Position numbers and translations under genes: made by a program. Under the pieces are notes generated by a model. That model did not search any database and was not told the origin of the DNA. It worked only from the letters and a program-made list of their open reading frames with translations. A DNA stretch of 44,993 nt, taken from IMG/VR virus record IMGVR_UViG_3300027753_000001, positions 1 to 44,993 of that record; one strand, written 5' to 3'. This stretch comes from a virus. Taxonomy: Duplodnaviria > Caudoviricetes. The first letter of the stretch is position 1. Every line of letters begins with the position of its first letter. Positions 18,365-28,549 of this stretch are shown here, in pieces.

Positions 18365-19987
18365 GTGGTTAATGATTTGTTTGATTTAGGTAAGAAGATT
18401 AGGGAGATTGAGAATAGGAGTCTTGGTTACGAGCAAGATTTCTTACCTAATAGTAGTGAGGAAGTGTTTGGTTTGCGTCCTAGTGAAACTATTACTATTA
18501 GTGAAGTTAGCATGGTTAGTACTAAGCATAGCGTGGTTAGTTGCGACTTATCTGGTGTTAATCTTGACAATACAATACAGCCTTACGAAGACGTAATACT
18601 AGATTTAGATACTAGTGCTAATCCTACAGTTGGTGTAGTGAATGATTTTAGTAATAGTAATTTTGATGCTACTTGGAAAATTAATGCTACTGCTTATTAT
18701 CCTTTTAATGGTAACGCAGATGATGAAAGTGTTAACTCTAATAACGGCACTCTTAGTGGTGCAGGTTGGAGCCTCGTAACCGATTATTTAGGCAATGCGA
18801 ATAATGCTTATCAGTGTACAACTGATAATAATAAAATAGTTATTAATTATGGTGCCGTAACAGGGGCTTTCACTATTAGTTTCTGGTTAACTATTTTTAG
18901 TTACACTCCTTACAGTAACAATAATGGTAATAATGGTTTAATTGGTCATGAAACTGATTTTAATAATGGTAGAATTAGTTTTCAAGGATCTTCAGGTAGT
19001 ACCATAGGAGTCACTGTTAGTGGTAATATTAATACTGTGGTTACTCTAACTGAAAGTATGCCAACAGACACACCTTTCATGTTAACTATTACAAGGGATT
19101 CTTCTGATAATTTGAAAGTATATAAGGATGATACTGATGTTACTAGTGGTACTCCTAATAGAAGTGGAACTATTTTCTTTGATGTCTTATTTGATAATCC
19201 AACTAATAGTAGTTGGACAGGTCTTAATGGCATAGGTCACAATGCATTAATATTGTCAACTATTGATTTATCTGCATCTGAAGTAGCTAACTTATATGAT
19301 TATACTTCTGTTCATAAACTAGATAAACCTCTTGTTACAAAGAATGGAGTTACAGGTTATGAGTTCTTTGGGGGAAGCTACGCTAGTGCTAGTACTTATG
19401 TTATAGGAAGTAGTACAGGAGGAGTATTTCCTAGTGGTACACCTGAAGCAAGTGTATTTGTAGAATTTACACCTAGTATAGTGGAAAACGCTAACATTTA
19501 TTATAGGTTATTTGGAAACACTCTTTATCCTAGACTCTTTGTTCGTAGTGATGGTTCAATTACTTTTCAATATAGATATGATGGTGTAACTAAGAATTTA
19601 GTTAGTGCTACAGGATTAATCTTATCAGATCAAGCATATAAAGTACTAGTTGTTTTACAAAATAATTTGCAAGAAGTTTATGTTAATAATGTATTAGTTG
19701 CTAGTGATACTGAAACAGGTTCATTATTTGATGGTGGCACTAATGACTATTTACTTGGTCGTGATACTAATCTAAGCTATGATTATAACGGAGTAATAGG
19801 CGTACCTATTATTATAAATAGGGCTGTAACAAGTAATGAAAGAGCTAAACTGTTTAGTAATGGTAGGCTTACCGGTTATGATCCTTTCGTAATAGACCAC
19901 TCTGTTAATGGTAATATTGATGGTGAGTTCTTTATTGATGGTGAATATTGTAGTAGTACAGTGTTCCAAACAAAGACTATATTTTAG
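18365..19987 (+). CDS. LamG/concanavalin-like receptor-binding protein
   Basis: AYYPFNGNADDES, FTISFW, LSASEVANLY, IINRAVTSNE; GTG start after GGTGGTG. Confidence 0.8.
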   Translation: MVNDLFDLGKKIREIENRSLGYEQDFLPNSSEEVFGLRPSETITISEVSMVSTKHSVVSCDLSGVNLDNTIQPYEDVILDLDTSANPTVGVVNDFSNSNFDATWKINATAYYPFNGNADDESVNSNNGTLSGAGWSLVTDYLGNANNAYQCTTDNNKIVINYGAVTGAFTISFWLTIFSYTPYSNNNGNNGLIGHETDFNNGRISFQGSSGSTIGVTVSGNINTVVTLTESMPTDTPFMLTITRDSSDNLKVYKDDTDVTSGTPNRSGTIFFDVLFDNPTNSSWTGLNGIGHNALILSTIDLSASEVANLYDYTSVHKLDKPLVTKNGVTGYEFFGGSYASASTYVIGSSTGGVFPSGTPEASVFVEFTPSIVENANIYYRLFGNTLYPRLFVRSDGSITFQYRYDGVTKNLVSATGLILSDQAYKVLVVLQNNLQEVYVNNVLVASDTETGSLFDGGTNDYLLGRDTNLSYDYNGVIGVPIIINRAVTSNERAKLFSNGRLTGYDPFVIDHSVNGNIDGEFFIDGEYCSSTVFQTKTIF

Positions 19988-20001
19988 ATAGCTTTATAAA
20001 C
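19987..20001 (+). promoter_or_regulatory. TATA promoter for the fibre operon
   Basis: GATAGCTTTATAAAC in the intergenic gap; same core as 4591. Confidence 0.6.
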
Positions 20002-20047
20002 AAAAACTATGATATTTTATAGTTTTGGATACTAATTAGATGATAAA

Positions 20048-20395
20048 ATGGCTGCAGGAAAATATAATTTATTAATAGAACAAGGTGACACGTTTACACA
20101 CACATTCACTTATTATGATGATAACAAAGACATTATAGACTTAACAGGATATAGTGCTTTATTGACAATAAAATCTAGCCTTACAGGTGGCTCTACTATA
20201 CTAACAGCGAGTACAAGTACAGATTACTTAACACTTAGTGGGAGTAGTGGAAGGTTACAATTAGTAATACCTAACACTATAACTAGCACTCTTAGTAGTA
20301 GTGGAGTTTATACTTGTGATATTACTAGTAGCAGTGGAATTGTTACTAGGATTCTTGAAGGTAACGTAAATATTAGCCTTAGTGCTAATCAGTAG
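20048..20395 (+). CDS. fibre adaptor / BppU-like Ig-fold protein
   Basis: NLLIEQGDTF...IDLTGYSA...YTCDI...RILEGNV. Confidence 0.65.
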   Translation: MAAGKYNLLIEQGDTFTHTFTYYDDNKDIIDLTGYSALLTIKSSLTGGSTILTASTSTDYLTLSGSSGRLQLVIPNTITSTLSSSGVYTCDITSSSGIVTRILEGNVNISLSANQ

Positions 20396-20408
20396 GAAGT
20401 GAATAATT

Positions 20409-23400
20409 ATGCCTTATGTTGAAATTAGTGAAACAAATACAGTAGTAGAAGTAAGTAATACAGTGATAGGTACTTTTGAACCTACAGACATTGTTGGTTT
20501 AACAGAGTACATTGAGGATGCTGTTAGTAGTGCTTTAACAGATACTACTAATGTTACTTGGACTTATGATGATGTTAGTAATACTATTGAGGCTAATGTT
20601 GGCAGTATTCTTGTTAGTCAAGTTAGTGATTTAGACAACCTTGCTTCTAGTACTACTACTGCTCAGTGGGGTTACGTTAATGCGTTAGATCAAGGGCTGA
20701 GCACTAGTTCTGATGTTAGTTTTAATGACTTAACTGTTACTGGTGACTTAACTGTTAGTGGTACTACTACAACTATTAATAGTACAACTGTTACAACAGC
20801 TGATAACATCATAGTTTTAAACAACGGAGAGGTTGGTAGTGGTGTTACTGCTGGTAGTGCTGGTATAGAAATTGATAGAGGTCTCGCTACTAATTACCAA
20901 TTCATATTTAGTGAGTCAGATGATAGTTTTAAGATTGGTGAAATTGGTAGTTTACAAAAGGTTGCTACTAGAGCTGATTCTCCTGATGCTAACGGCGTTG
21001 CTTATTGGCATAATGGTAGTAGTAGTTTCATAACTAATTCTACTTTTACTTTTAATGGAACAACTGTTAACACACCTAACTTATCAGTTACTGGTACAAT
21101 AACTAATCCTACTAGTATTGCTTTAAGTGGTGCTGGTAGTGTAACTAATACATTTAGTGCTAATAATGGACTAACTTGGAGATTTGGGGCTGAAACAACT
21201 AATGATGCAACAATTAGGACAAGTAGTTCTTCTAATAGAAGTGTTAAGGTTGATAATACTGGGACTGGTAATGCTGATTTTAGGGTTTATGGTGATAATC
21301 AAAATACTATTTACGCTTTTGATAAAGCTGGTAATGAGTATATTGCTATTGGTAATGATGGTGCTGACAGTTGGATTACAGCTGGTAGTACCGGTAGTAT
21401 TACAAATGATTTAGTTTTCAGGGCTGCTAATGTCGGTGCTGAAACCGAGTATATGAGATTATTTGGGGATACTGGTAATCTAGCAATAAGTACTACTACT
21501 GATAATGGGGATAAGTTACAAGTTAATGGTAATGCTTCTGTGAGTGGGGTTACTACAATTAAGTCTAGTTTGGTTTTCAATAATCCTTTGACGACTGATA
21601 CTACTAGTATTGAATTTTTAGAAAATACTTTTAGCAGGGGAGCTATTGAGAATAGAGGAACATCTAATACTATTGCTTATCAAGGTGTTGATTCTAATGA
21701 TACTTACACAGATGTTTTTACATTTACAAAAGGGAGTAGTATTGGCGTCGTGGATTTTAATGTTGAACAAGACACTACTTTCAATGGTGATTTAAATGTT
21801 GCTCAAAGAATAAAACTTACTGGTTTTGGAGAAGGTATTAGTGAAGTACAAAGTGATGGCACTTTATACTTAAATGCTGGTGCTGATGGTACTGGTAATG
21901 AATTATTAATTTTTCAAACTGGTGATGTTGATAGAGCCAGAATTACTGAAACAGGCAATTTTTTAATTGGTACTACTACTGACGGTAGTTATAAGTTAGA
22001 TGTTAATGGTGCTGTAAGAAGTAATGATACTTTAACTGTTAATAAAACAGCTTCGGGTGCAAGTATTTTACAGGTTAAGAGTTTAGCTAGTAATGACCAA
22101 AGAATAGATTTTATAGAAGGTTCTACTACTAATTGGTCTATTGTTAGTGATAATTTTTTATCTCCTATTAGTAATGCTTTAACTTTTGTTAGTCCTACAG
22201 CTAATGTTTTAACTTTAAGTGAAACTAATAATGTGCTTATTGGTACTACTACTGATAGCGGTGCTAAACTTAGTATAACACAAAGTGGTAATTCTGCTAT
22301 AAACGTTGTTAATTCAACTAATCAGTGGGACTTCGTAGCTAACAAAACAACTAGCATAGTAGGTTTAAATAAAGAAGATGACACTACTGGCTCTAATTGG
22401 TTTTATAGGAATGTTACTTCTGCTACTTCAGCTGCTCCTGTTGTGTTCATTGAACAAGATAACGCAGGTGATGACCAATCAGCTTTAGTTGTTCAACAAG
22501 ACGGTACAGGGTACGGGTTATATGTTGACCAAAACGGCAATGGTATTGGTTTAGAAGTAAATAATGCCGGGACTCAGGATGCATTACAAATAGTACAAGC
22601 AGGTGTATTGGCTAGTGGACAGTACGCTTTAAATGTGTATACTGATGCTATTCAAACTCAAGTTTTATCTAGAATTATTCAAGATAACGCTAGTAGTACT
22701 GGTAGATTACTTGACATTATTAATGATGGTTCTGGAGATAGCATATTTATAGATAATAATGGTAGTGGTAGAGGTTTAAATATTGATAGTGAAAGTACTG
22801 CTTATGAAGGTCTGAAGGTAGATTCAATAAGTGTTGTTAGAAATGACGTATTTTTTTACGGTAATAGTATTAAGAATACTGATCAATCTGTTCTAAGAGT
22901 TGAACAAGCTAATGCGTCAAACACTCAACCTGCACAAACTATTTCTAACGCAGGAACAGGTACTGGATTATTAGTGGATCAAAATGGTAATGGTATAGCG
23001 TTGGACATCAGTGCTTCAGCAACAGGTGGTAATACTTTAAGAGCAATAACTACTCAGACAAGTGGAACACCTTATTACTTTTATAATGGTGCAGCACAAG
23101 CAAGTGGTTATCTTATGGATATTGTTATGGATAGTGCTGGTGCTAGTGCAACAGCTTTACATGTTCAACAAGATGGTGTTGGTGATGGTATTTATGTATT
23201 AGCAGGTAATGGTAGAACTATAAGAGCTGATAAAGTTGGAACTACAGGTAATGGGTTACTTGTTTATAATAATACTACTTTCACTGGTACAGGAACTAGT
23301 TCCCTTGTAAGATTTGCTTTTGATAGTGCTTTAGCTACTGGGGACTTATTATACTTACAACAAGATGGTTCTGGTAAAACAATAGTTACAACTGGTGGAA

Positions 23401-23687
23401 GAAATGATTTAAACGGAGGATTACTCCTAGGTCTTAATGCCGAAACAATAGCAGCTACAAAGACATTAACAAACGCTGATAAGTATTATCAGCACTTGAA
23501 TGGTGGTGCTAGTGATAGGGATATTACATTGCCAACTGGTGAAACAGGTCTTGGTTATGTTATTAAGAATACTGGTAGTACGAATGATTTAGTTGTTAAG
23601 AATCCTTCGGCTGTGACTGTTATTACTCTTGTGCCTAGCGAAAGTGTTAATGTGATTTATGATGGTAGTAATTGGGTGGTTTCTTAA
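20409..23687 (+). CDS. long fibre / adhesin (1092 aa)
   Basis: G/T/S/N-rich; repeats GNLAISTTTD, GNFLIGTTTD, NNVLIGTTTD; QQDG/QNGNG beta repeats; C-terminal ITLP...IKN...YDGSNW. Confidence 0.85.
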   Translation: MPYVEISETNTVVEVSNTVIGTFEPTDIVGLTEYIEDAVSSALTDTTNVTWTYDDVSNTIEANVGSILVSQVSDLDNLASSTTTAQWGYVNALDQGLSTSSDVSFNDLTVTGDLTVSGTTTTINSTTVTTADNIIVLNNGEVGSGVTAGSAGIEIDRGLATNYQFIFSESDDSFKIGEIGSLQKVATRADSPDANGVAYWHNGSSSFITNSTFTFNGTTVNTPNLSVTGTITNPTSIALSGAGSVTNTFSANNGLTWRFGAETTNDATIRTSSSSNRSVKVDNTGTGNADFRVYGDNQNTIYAFDKAGNEYIAIGNDGADSWITAGSTGSITNDLVFRAANVGAETEYMRLFGDTGNLAISTTTDNGDKLQVNGNASVSGVTTIKSSLVFNNPLTTDTTSIEFLENTFSRGAIENRGTSNTIAYQGVDSNDTYTDVFTFTKGSSIGVVDFNVEQDTTFNGDLNVAQRIKLTGFGEGISEVQSDGTLYLNAGADGTGNELLIFQTGDVDRARITETGNFLIGTTTDGSYKLDVNGAVRSNDTLTVNKTASGASILQVKSLASNDQRIDFIEGSTTNWSIVSDNFLSPISNALTFVSPTANVLTLSETNNVLIGTTTDSGAKLSITQSGNSAINVVNSTNQWDFVANKTTSIVGLNKEDDTTGSNWFYRNVTSATSAAPVVFIEQDNAGDDQSALVVQQDGTGYGLYVDQNGNGIGLEVNNAGTQDALQIVQAGVLASGQYALNVYTDAIQTQVLSRIIQDNASSTGRLLDIINDGSGDSIFIDNNGSGRGLNIDSESTAYEGLKVDSISVVRNDVFFYGNSIKNTDQSVLRVEQANASNTQPAQTISNAGTGTGLLVDQNGNGIALDISASATGGNTLRAITTQTSGTPYYFYNGAAQASGYLMDIVMDSAGASATALHVQQDGVGDGIYVLAGNGRTIRADKVGTTGNGLLVYNNTTFTGTGTSSLVRFAFDSALATGDLLYLQQDGSGKTIVTTGGRNDLNGGLLLGLNAETIAATKTLTNADKYYQHLNGGASDRDITLPTGETGLGYVIKNTGSTNDLVVKNPSAVTVITLVPSESVNVIYDGSNWVVS

Positions 23688-23765
23688 AGTAGGGAGTGCT
23701 AAGGAAGCTGAGTTAATACATAATTATTTAGATCAAAAATATAATTTATAATAAGGTGAAATGAA

Positions 23766-24317
23766 ATGGTTTTAAAAGTAATAAGTCCAGGTGTGAGTGG
23801 TACGTTTAGTACAGATTTGAATAGTAATTTTAACGAGGTAATTAATACAAATGGTATATATGAAGTGGACACTTCCACAGATTTAAACTGCAGTAATAGT
23901 ACTAACAATACTACGGAAACGCAAACAAAAACATACTCATTTGCTTCTTCAGTTGTTTCAAAGATGGGTGACTACTTGTTTGTAGACATAAACGGAAATT
24001 TTACTGCAGACTGTGCAACTAATGGTAGTGGAGGTTCCACTGTTTCTATAACACTCCTAGCAGAGAATATTACTTCATCTACTACTATCAATAGTTTTAC
24101 TGTTGCAGCACCAAGTAAAATAGATAATATAAGAAATACTGTTACAGTTCAAGGACTACAGATTGTTTATCCTATAACAGCATCAGATAGAACTAACGGT
24201 ATGGACATAAAGCTGACCATAAATGCTATCGTGGGAGCTAATGGTGGTGGTGCTACTGGAAGTAGTGTATTTACAAGTAGGGCAATAGTGTTTAGAACAC
24301 TTAATTTGGTGATTTAA
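23766..24317 (+). CDS. putative virion protein
   Basis: T/S/N-rich beta protein, DLNSNFNEV; AGGTGA RBS. Confidence 0.6.
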   Translation: MVLKVISPGVSGTFSTDLNSNFNEVINTNGIYEVDTSTDLNCSNSTNNTTETQTKTYSFASSVVSKMGDYLFVDINGNFTADCATNGSGGSTVSITLLAENITSSTTINSFTVAAPSKIDNIRNTVTVQGLQIVYPITASDRTNGMDIKLTINAIVGANGGGATGSSVFTSRAIVFRTLNLVI

Positions 24318-24318
24318 A

Positions 24319-24819
24319 ATGTTAGAATTTCATACAGGTGATATAGTCTTAACAAGAGGACTAGGTTTTATAGGCAAAGTTATTAAGTTCGTAACTAACA
24401 GTGAGTTTAGTCACGTAGGCATGATTATTAGAACTGACTTAGAAGATGGCTACGTGTTAGTTGCTGAAGCTCAGTGGACTGGATTCGTGATTACTAAGTA
24501 TCATACGACTTATTTACAAGAACAATGCAAGGTAGGTAGAGTGTTTGATATACTTGGTAAGGAGTTAAGGGAAGCAATAAGGCGTAATACTTTAAAGTTA
24601 GTAGGTAAACCTTATGATTTTAAAGCTTTATTATTAATATTGAAGAGTATGGTTACTGGTAAGGACTTAGTTGGTGATGGTGATAATTCTCTTATTTGTA
24701 GTGAGGGCGTGGCTAGGATTTATTTAGGTTTAGGTGTTGATTTAGTTCCTGGTAAAAGACCTGGTTTGGTTACTCCTGCTGATATTAGTAAGAGTAAAGA
24801 AATACACTGGATGAATTAA
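24319..24819 (+). CDS. permuted papain-like amidase (YiiX/YaeF, NlpC/P60 superfamily)
   Basis: GDIVL, FSHVGMI, GKPYDF, ICSE, TPADI with His before Cys. Confidence 0.85.
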   Translation: MLEFHTGDIVLTRGLGFIGKVIKFVTNSEFSHVGMIIRTDLEDGYVLVAEAQWTGFVITKYHTTYLQEQCKVGRVFDILGKELREAIRRNTLKLVGKPYDFKALLLILKSMVTGKDLVGDGDNSLICSEGVARIYLGLGVDLVPGKRPGLVTPADISKSKEIHWMN

Positions 24820-24823
24820 TAAA

Positions 24824-24840
24824 CCGAAACATTTAAATAG
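24824..24840 (+). promoter_or_regulatory. BRE+TATA promoter
   Basis: CCGAAACATTTAAATAG; ATG at 24867. Confidence 0.75.
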
Positions 24841-24866
24841 TAGTAAAGAATACCAAGGTTAGTAAG

Positions 24867-25145
24867 ATGTTAAACTTTAATTTAGAAGAAGAACTAAGCA
24901 AAGATGCTAACTTAGAAGCAATAGTTAGCAACTTAATAAGCTTACCTAGAACAATGGAGCCTAACTACTTAAACAAGTTAGGGTTCAGAGAACTAAAACT
25001 TAACTATACTAAGCAAGATGACAACGACAGAGATAGAGTATTCGGTTATAAAAACTTTAAAGTAATAGTAGATTCTATGACTATTACTAGCTTAAAGAAC
25101 GGGCAAGAGTATTATATAATCAAACAATTTTATAAAGCAAGATAA
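24867..25145 (+). CDS. hypothetical protein
   Basis: 92 aa directly after promoter. Confidence 0.7.
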   Translation: MLNFNLEEELSKDANLEAIVSNLISLPRTMEPNYLNKLGFRELKLNYTKQDDNDRDRVFGYKNFKVIVDSMTITSLKNGQEYYIIKQFYKAR

Positions 25146-25225
25146 ATTTCTTATATGGCAGTGATTAAACAACTTACGAGTTGTCTGCTAATTAAATAAT
25201 ATGAATACAATGGAGGTTGTATAAT

Positions 25226-25858
25226 ATGAAAACAAATATAAATAAGACAATAATGGGTTTAAGCGGACTAATATTATTTGCTTCAGGAGCAATAATAGGA
25301 GCAACAACTATGCCTAGAGAAGTTATTAAAACAGTTCAAGTTCCTTATGAAGTAATAAGAAACGTAACTGTTGAAGTTCCAGTGGAATTACCAGTGGAAG
25401 TAATTAAGGAAGTTGAAAAAGTAGTTGAAGTAATACCACAAAGTTTCTTAGAATACATTTATGATCAAGAAGGGAACCTTTCAGAACTAGACACTTCAGA
25501 TTTAGACGATGACGAATTAGACCAAATAGTAAGTAGAATAGCGTTCTTACAAGAATCTAAAGTTATAGCTTTAGAAAGTGTTAAATCAGAATTATTCAGT
25601 GAACTTGACAGAGAAGAATTTACTATGAGTGATAATTCAACTGTTAAATTTGATGAGGATGACTTAGAAAGGTTAAGACTTGATGATGAAAGTGACGAAG
25701 TAGTAATTGACTCTGTTGACTTTGATGATTCTGACGCTGAAGTGATCGTTACTGGAAGATTCGAACAAGACGACGTAAAATACTCCTTTGAAGCTTTAGT
25801 AGTTATTAAAGATGGAGAATTTGACGAAATCAGTTCAATAGACGTAGACTTATTATAA
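25226..25858 (+). CDS. membrane-anchored or secreted highly acidic protein
   Basis: N-terminal hydrophobic helix, VPVE/VIKE repeats, D/E-rich domain; GGAGGT RBS. Confidence 0.78.
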   Translation: MKTNINKTIMGLSGLILFASGAIIGATTMPREVIKTVQVPYEVIRNVTVEVPVELPVEVIKEVEKVVEVIPQSFLEYIYDQEGNLSELDTSDLDDDELDQIVSRIAFLQESKVIALESVKSELFSELDREEFTMSDNSTVKFDEDDLERLRLDDESDEVVIDSVDFDDSDAEVIVTGRFEQDDVKYSFEALVVIKDGEFDEISSIDVDLL

Positions 25859-25891
25859 GTCTACAACTTTTTTCTTTTCTTTATTTTTTTT
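25844..25891 (+). terminator. hairpin plus T-tract terminator at the convergence of the two genome halves
   Basis: GTAGACTTA-TTA-TAAGTCTAC then T runs. Confidence 0.75.
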
Positions 25892-25907
25892 TAAGTGGTC
25901 AGTGTGA

Positions 25908-27737
25908 CTACTTTGCTTGACTATAATTATCGCCTATTCCTATTCCGCAGTTGATAGGTACACTAAGTTTAACTGCTCCTTCTAAAGCTTCTTTGATTAA
26001 TGGTACTGCTTTGTTAACTTTATCTTTTTTTACTTCTACTATCCATTCATCATGAACTGTTCCTATTATTCTAAGTCCGAGGTCTGGTTGTCGTCTTTTT
26101 AGGTTTAGTAGTCTTACCCCTGCTATTCTTATCATGTCAGCACCAAAGCTTTGGACTTTAAAGTTAAAACTTTGTCTGTAAGCACTGCCAGGGTAGTAAC
26201 CTTTTATTTTTTGGAAGTGCCTCATACGATTAACGAGTGTGCTTACGTATCCCTGATTATTAACTTCTTCATGAGTTTCATCAATATACTCTTTTAGTGT
26301 TGGTAGTGCATCGAAGTAATCATTTATTAGTCCTTGTGCTTCCTCTTCACTTATATTAAAGTCTTCTGCTAATCCGTGACTAGTTTTTCCGTAGAGTAAT
26401 CCGAATGTTATACTTTTAGCCATACTTCTTTGTTTACTATATGTGTGTTCTTTTAGTTCTTCAAAGTTTGGACTTGTACTATAAAGGTCTTCTTCTGCTA
26501 TGCCTAAGTTGTAGAATTGGTTAGCTATTGTTAAGTGCATATCTTTTCCTTTTCTTAAAATGTCTAGTAGTACTGGGTCTTTACTTATGTGTGCTGCTAT
26601 TACTACTTCTTGTCCTGAGTAATCTGCTGTTATCATAGTGTAGCCGTTACTTGCTTTGAACACTTCTCTTAAGCTTGGAAGCCCTAATTTATCATTGTCT
26701 TTTCCTAGTTGTTGTAAGTTAGGACTTCTACTGCTTAACCTACCTGTTTTTGCTCCACAATCATTATAACTGGTTCTTACACAGTTATCAGAGTCTATGA
26801 AGCTAGGTAAGGGATTAAAGAAGCCTGTTAGTAGTTTACTTATCTTCTTATATTTGAATAGTGACGCTATTAGTTCTGATTTGTTCTTGTAGTCATCTAA
26901 GAATTTTTTACCTAGACTTACTTTTCCTGCTGGTGTTTTATATTTTGATGTGTATCCTAAGTTGTCTATTAGTAGTGTTTTTAGTTGTGTTGTACTATCA
27001 AAGTTTACTCTTGTGTTTATAGTGTAATTTCCTAGTAAGTCATAGTCTACGGAGTACTTAGTATTTGTTAGTTTACATAGGTTGATTAGCTCTTTTCCTC
27101 TTAGCTCTTTTAGTGTGTTTGTGTGTTCTATTACTTTGTTCTTGTTTATGTTGAATCCATTTAAGTGCATTTCCATTATTACTTTTTGGAAAGGCATCTC
27201 TATTTTGTAGAATAAGAATGTTAAGTTATGCTCTTCTATTAGTGGCTCTGTGTATTCGTATAATTCGTAGGTTAGTTGGCTGTCTAGTAGGCTGTATTCT
27301 ATGAATTCTTTCTTAGTCATGTTCTTATCGTATAGTTGTAAGTCTTCTCTGCCTAAGTATTTCATGCTTAGTTTCTTTAGGCTTTTCTCATCTTCTTCGT
27401 TTATTAAGTGACAGGCTACCATTGTGTCGTAGAAGTCAGCATTACCTATTTGTATGCCGTGTTCTTCTAGTATTGGTGCGTCAAATGCAGAATTATGGAA
27501 TATGATTAGGCTTCCTTTAAAAGCCTTGGTTTCTTTACTCTTGGTTTTTAAAATGTTTATTACTTGTTGTAAGTCGTGGTCTTCATTGTTGAAGTAATAG
27601 TTATATGTTCCGTCACTTAGGCTTATTCCGTTCTTATATGTTTTTTCATCTGTTAAATTTATTGTTTTTAGTCTTAGTCTATTATTTGTTTCTAGGTCTA
27701 TTGCGAATTTGTTCCAGTTGAAGTCTTTATGTATCAT
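25908..27737 (-). CDS. polA: family A DNA polymerase with 3'-5' exonuclease domain
   Basis: Exo IDLET, FHNSAFD, YSLLD; TGRLSSRSPNLQQL, motif A DYSGQE, motif B RSMAKSITFGLLYG, motif C VHDE. Confidence 0.95.
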   Translation of the reverse strand: MIHKDFNWNKFAIDLETNNRLRLKTINLTDEKTYKNGISLSDGTYNYYFNNEDHDLQQVINILKTKSKETKAFKGSLIIFHNSAFDAPILEEHGIQIGNADFYDTMVACHLINEEDEKSLKKLSMKYLGREDLQLYDKNMTKKEFIEYSLLDSQLTYELYEYTEPLIEEHNLTFLFYKIEMPFQKVIMEMHLNGFNINKNKVIEHTNTLKELRGKELINLCKLTNTKYSVDYDLLGNYTINTRVNFDSTTQLKTLLIDNLGYTSKYKTPAGKVSLGKKFLDDYKNKSELIASLFKYKKISKLLTGFFNPLPSFIDSDNCVRTSYNDCGAKTGRLSSRSPNLQQLGKDNDKLGLPSLREVFKASNGYTMITADYSGQEVVIAAHISKDPVLLDILRKGKDMHLTIANQFYNLGIAEEDLYSTSPNFEELKEHTYSKQRSMAKSITFGLLYGKTSHGLAEDFNISEEEAQGLINDYFDALPTLKEYIDETHEEVNNQGYVSTLVNRMRHFQKIKGYYPGSAYRQSFNFKVQSFGADMIRIAGVRLLNLKRRQPDLGLRIIGTVHDEWIVEVKKDKVNKAVPLIKEALEGAVKLSVPINCGIGIGDNYSQAK

Positions 27738-27760
27738 AGTATTATTCTTGGTTAGGGGCT

Positions 27761-27779
27761 TATATTTAAATGTTGTTAT
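27761..27779 (-). promoter_or_regulatory. TATA promoter of polA (leaderless)
   Basis: Minus strand ATAACAACATTTAAATATA about 25 nt before ATG 27737; no RBS. Confidence 0.7.
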
Positions 27780-28270
27780 TTTGATTTATTAAACTTATTA
27801 ATTAATTTACTTAGGGTTTTAACACTGACAGGTTTGTAATCCCAGAGTTCTACATTCACATTAATAAACAATCTACCGTTCTTCTGCCTATGAATCTTAA
27901 CAGCACTTGGTAAGTGAACATGACCATGAATAACGTTCATGTAACTGCTATAGTCAGGGTTATGTATTACTTCAAATTGTTTACCGAGCATATTAACAAT
28001 GCAACTATCTAAGAATTGTTGTTTGTCATGATTGCCACTTATAAAGACTTTAAAGCCGTTTAATTTGTTCATTAGTACAAACGTATTACTAGTGCCAAGA
28101 AAGTTGAAGTCACCTACTATAAACACTGTATCTGAAGGTTTCACAGTTTGGTTCCAGTTAGAAATTAGGACTGTTTCCATTTCAGAAAGAGTGCTGAAAG
28201 GTCTATGCCCAAATTCTATTACTCTTTTATGATTAAAGTGGTGGTCACTAGTAAAGTAGAAATTAGTCAT
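27776..28270 (-). CDS. calcineurin-like metallophosphoesterase
   Basis: SDHHFNH, VGDF, GNHD, HGHVH. Confidence 0.9.
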   Translation of the reverse strand: MTNFYFTSDHHFNHKRVIEFGHRPFSTLSEMETVLISNWNQTVKPSDTVFIVGDFNFLGTSNTFVLMNKLNGFKVFISGNHDKQQFLDSCIVNMLGKQFEVIHNPDYSSYMNVIHGHVHLPSAVKIHRQKNGRLFINVNVELWDYKPVSVKTLSKLINKFNKSK

Positions 28271-28497
28271 TTTCTTTTAGCTCCTACGTATTCCATGGTT
28301 ATGAAATCATGATCTTTGTACTGAGTCATTGGTTTAAATTTATAACATCTTTCTTCCATGCACACTATTGGTTTTAGTCTTACTATGTATTCGTTTATGG
28401 GGTTATACCAGTACCAGTGCCTTGCGTGTTTCTTAGTGCTTGGAACATAGTTCTCTTTTATTAAGTCACTGGTACTGTATAGCTTATCTTCTAACAT
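28267..28497 (-). CDS. hypothetical protein
   Basis: 76 aa, ATGA-coupled. Confidence 0.65.
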   Translation of the reverse strand: MLEDKLYSTSDLIKENYVPSTKKHARHWYWYNPINEYIVRLKPIVCMEERCYKFKPMTQYKDHDFITMEYVGAKRK

Positions 28498-28549
28498 TAC
28501 TTTAACCTTTCATCTTCGTATAAATCTCCATATACGAAGTCTTCATCTT

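Noticed and set aside
2704-27737. Stop-codon reassignment suggested by abundant TAG/TAGT
   Set aside because: Conserved genes are full length and densely packed in the standard code; TAG arises out of frame from NNT-AGT; the tRNA anticodon is GCT, not a suppressor
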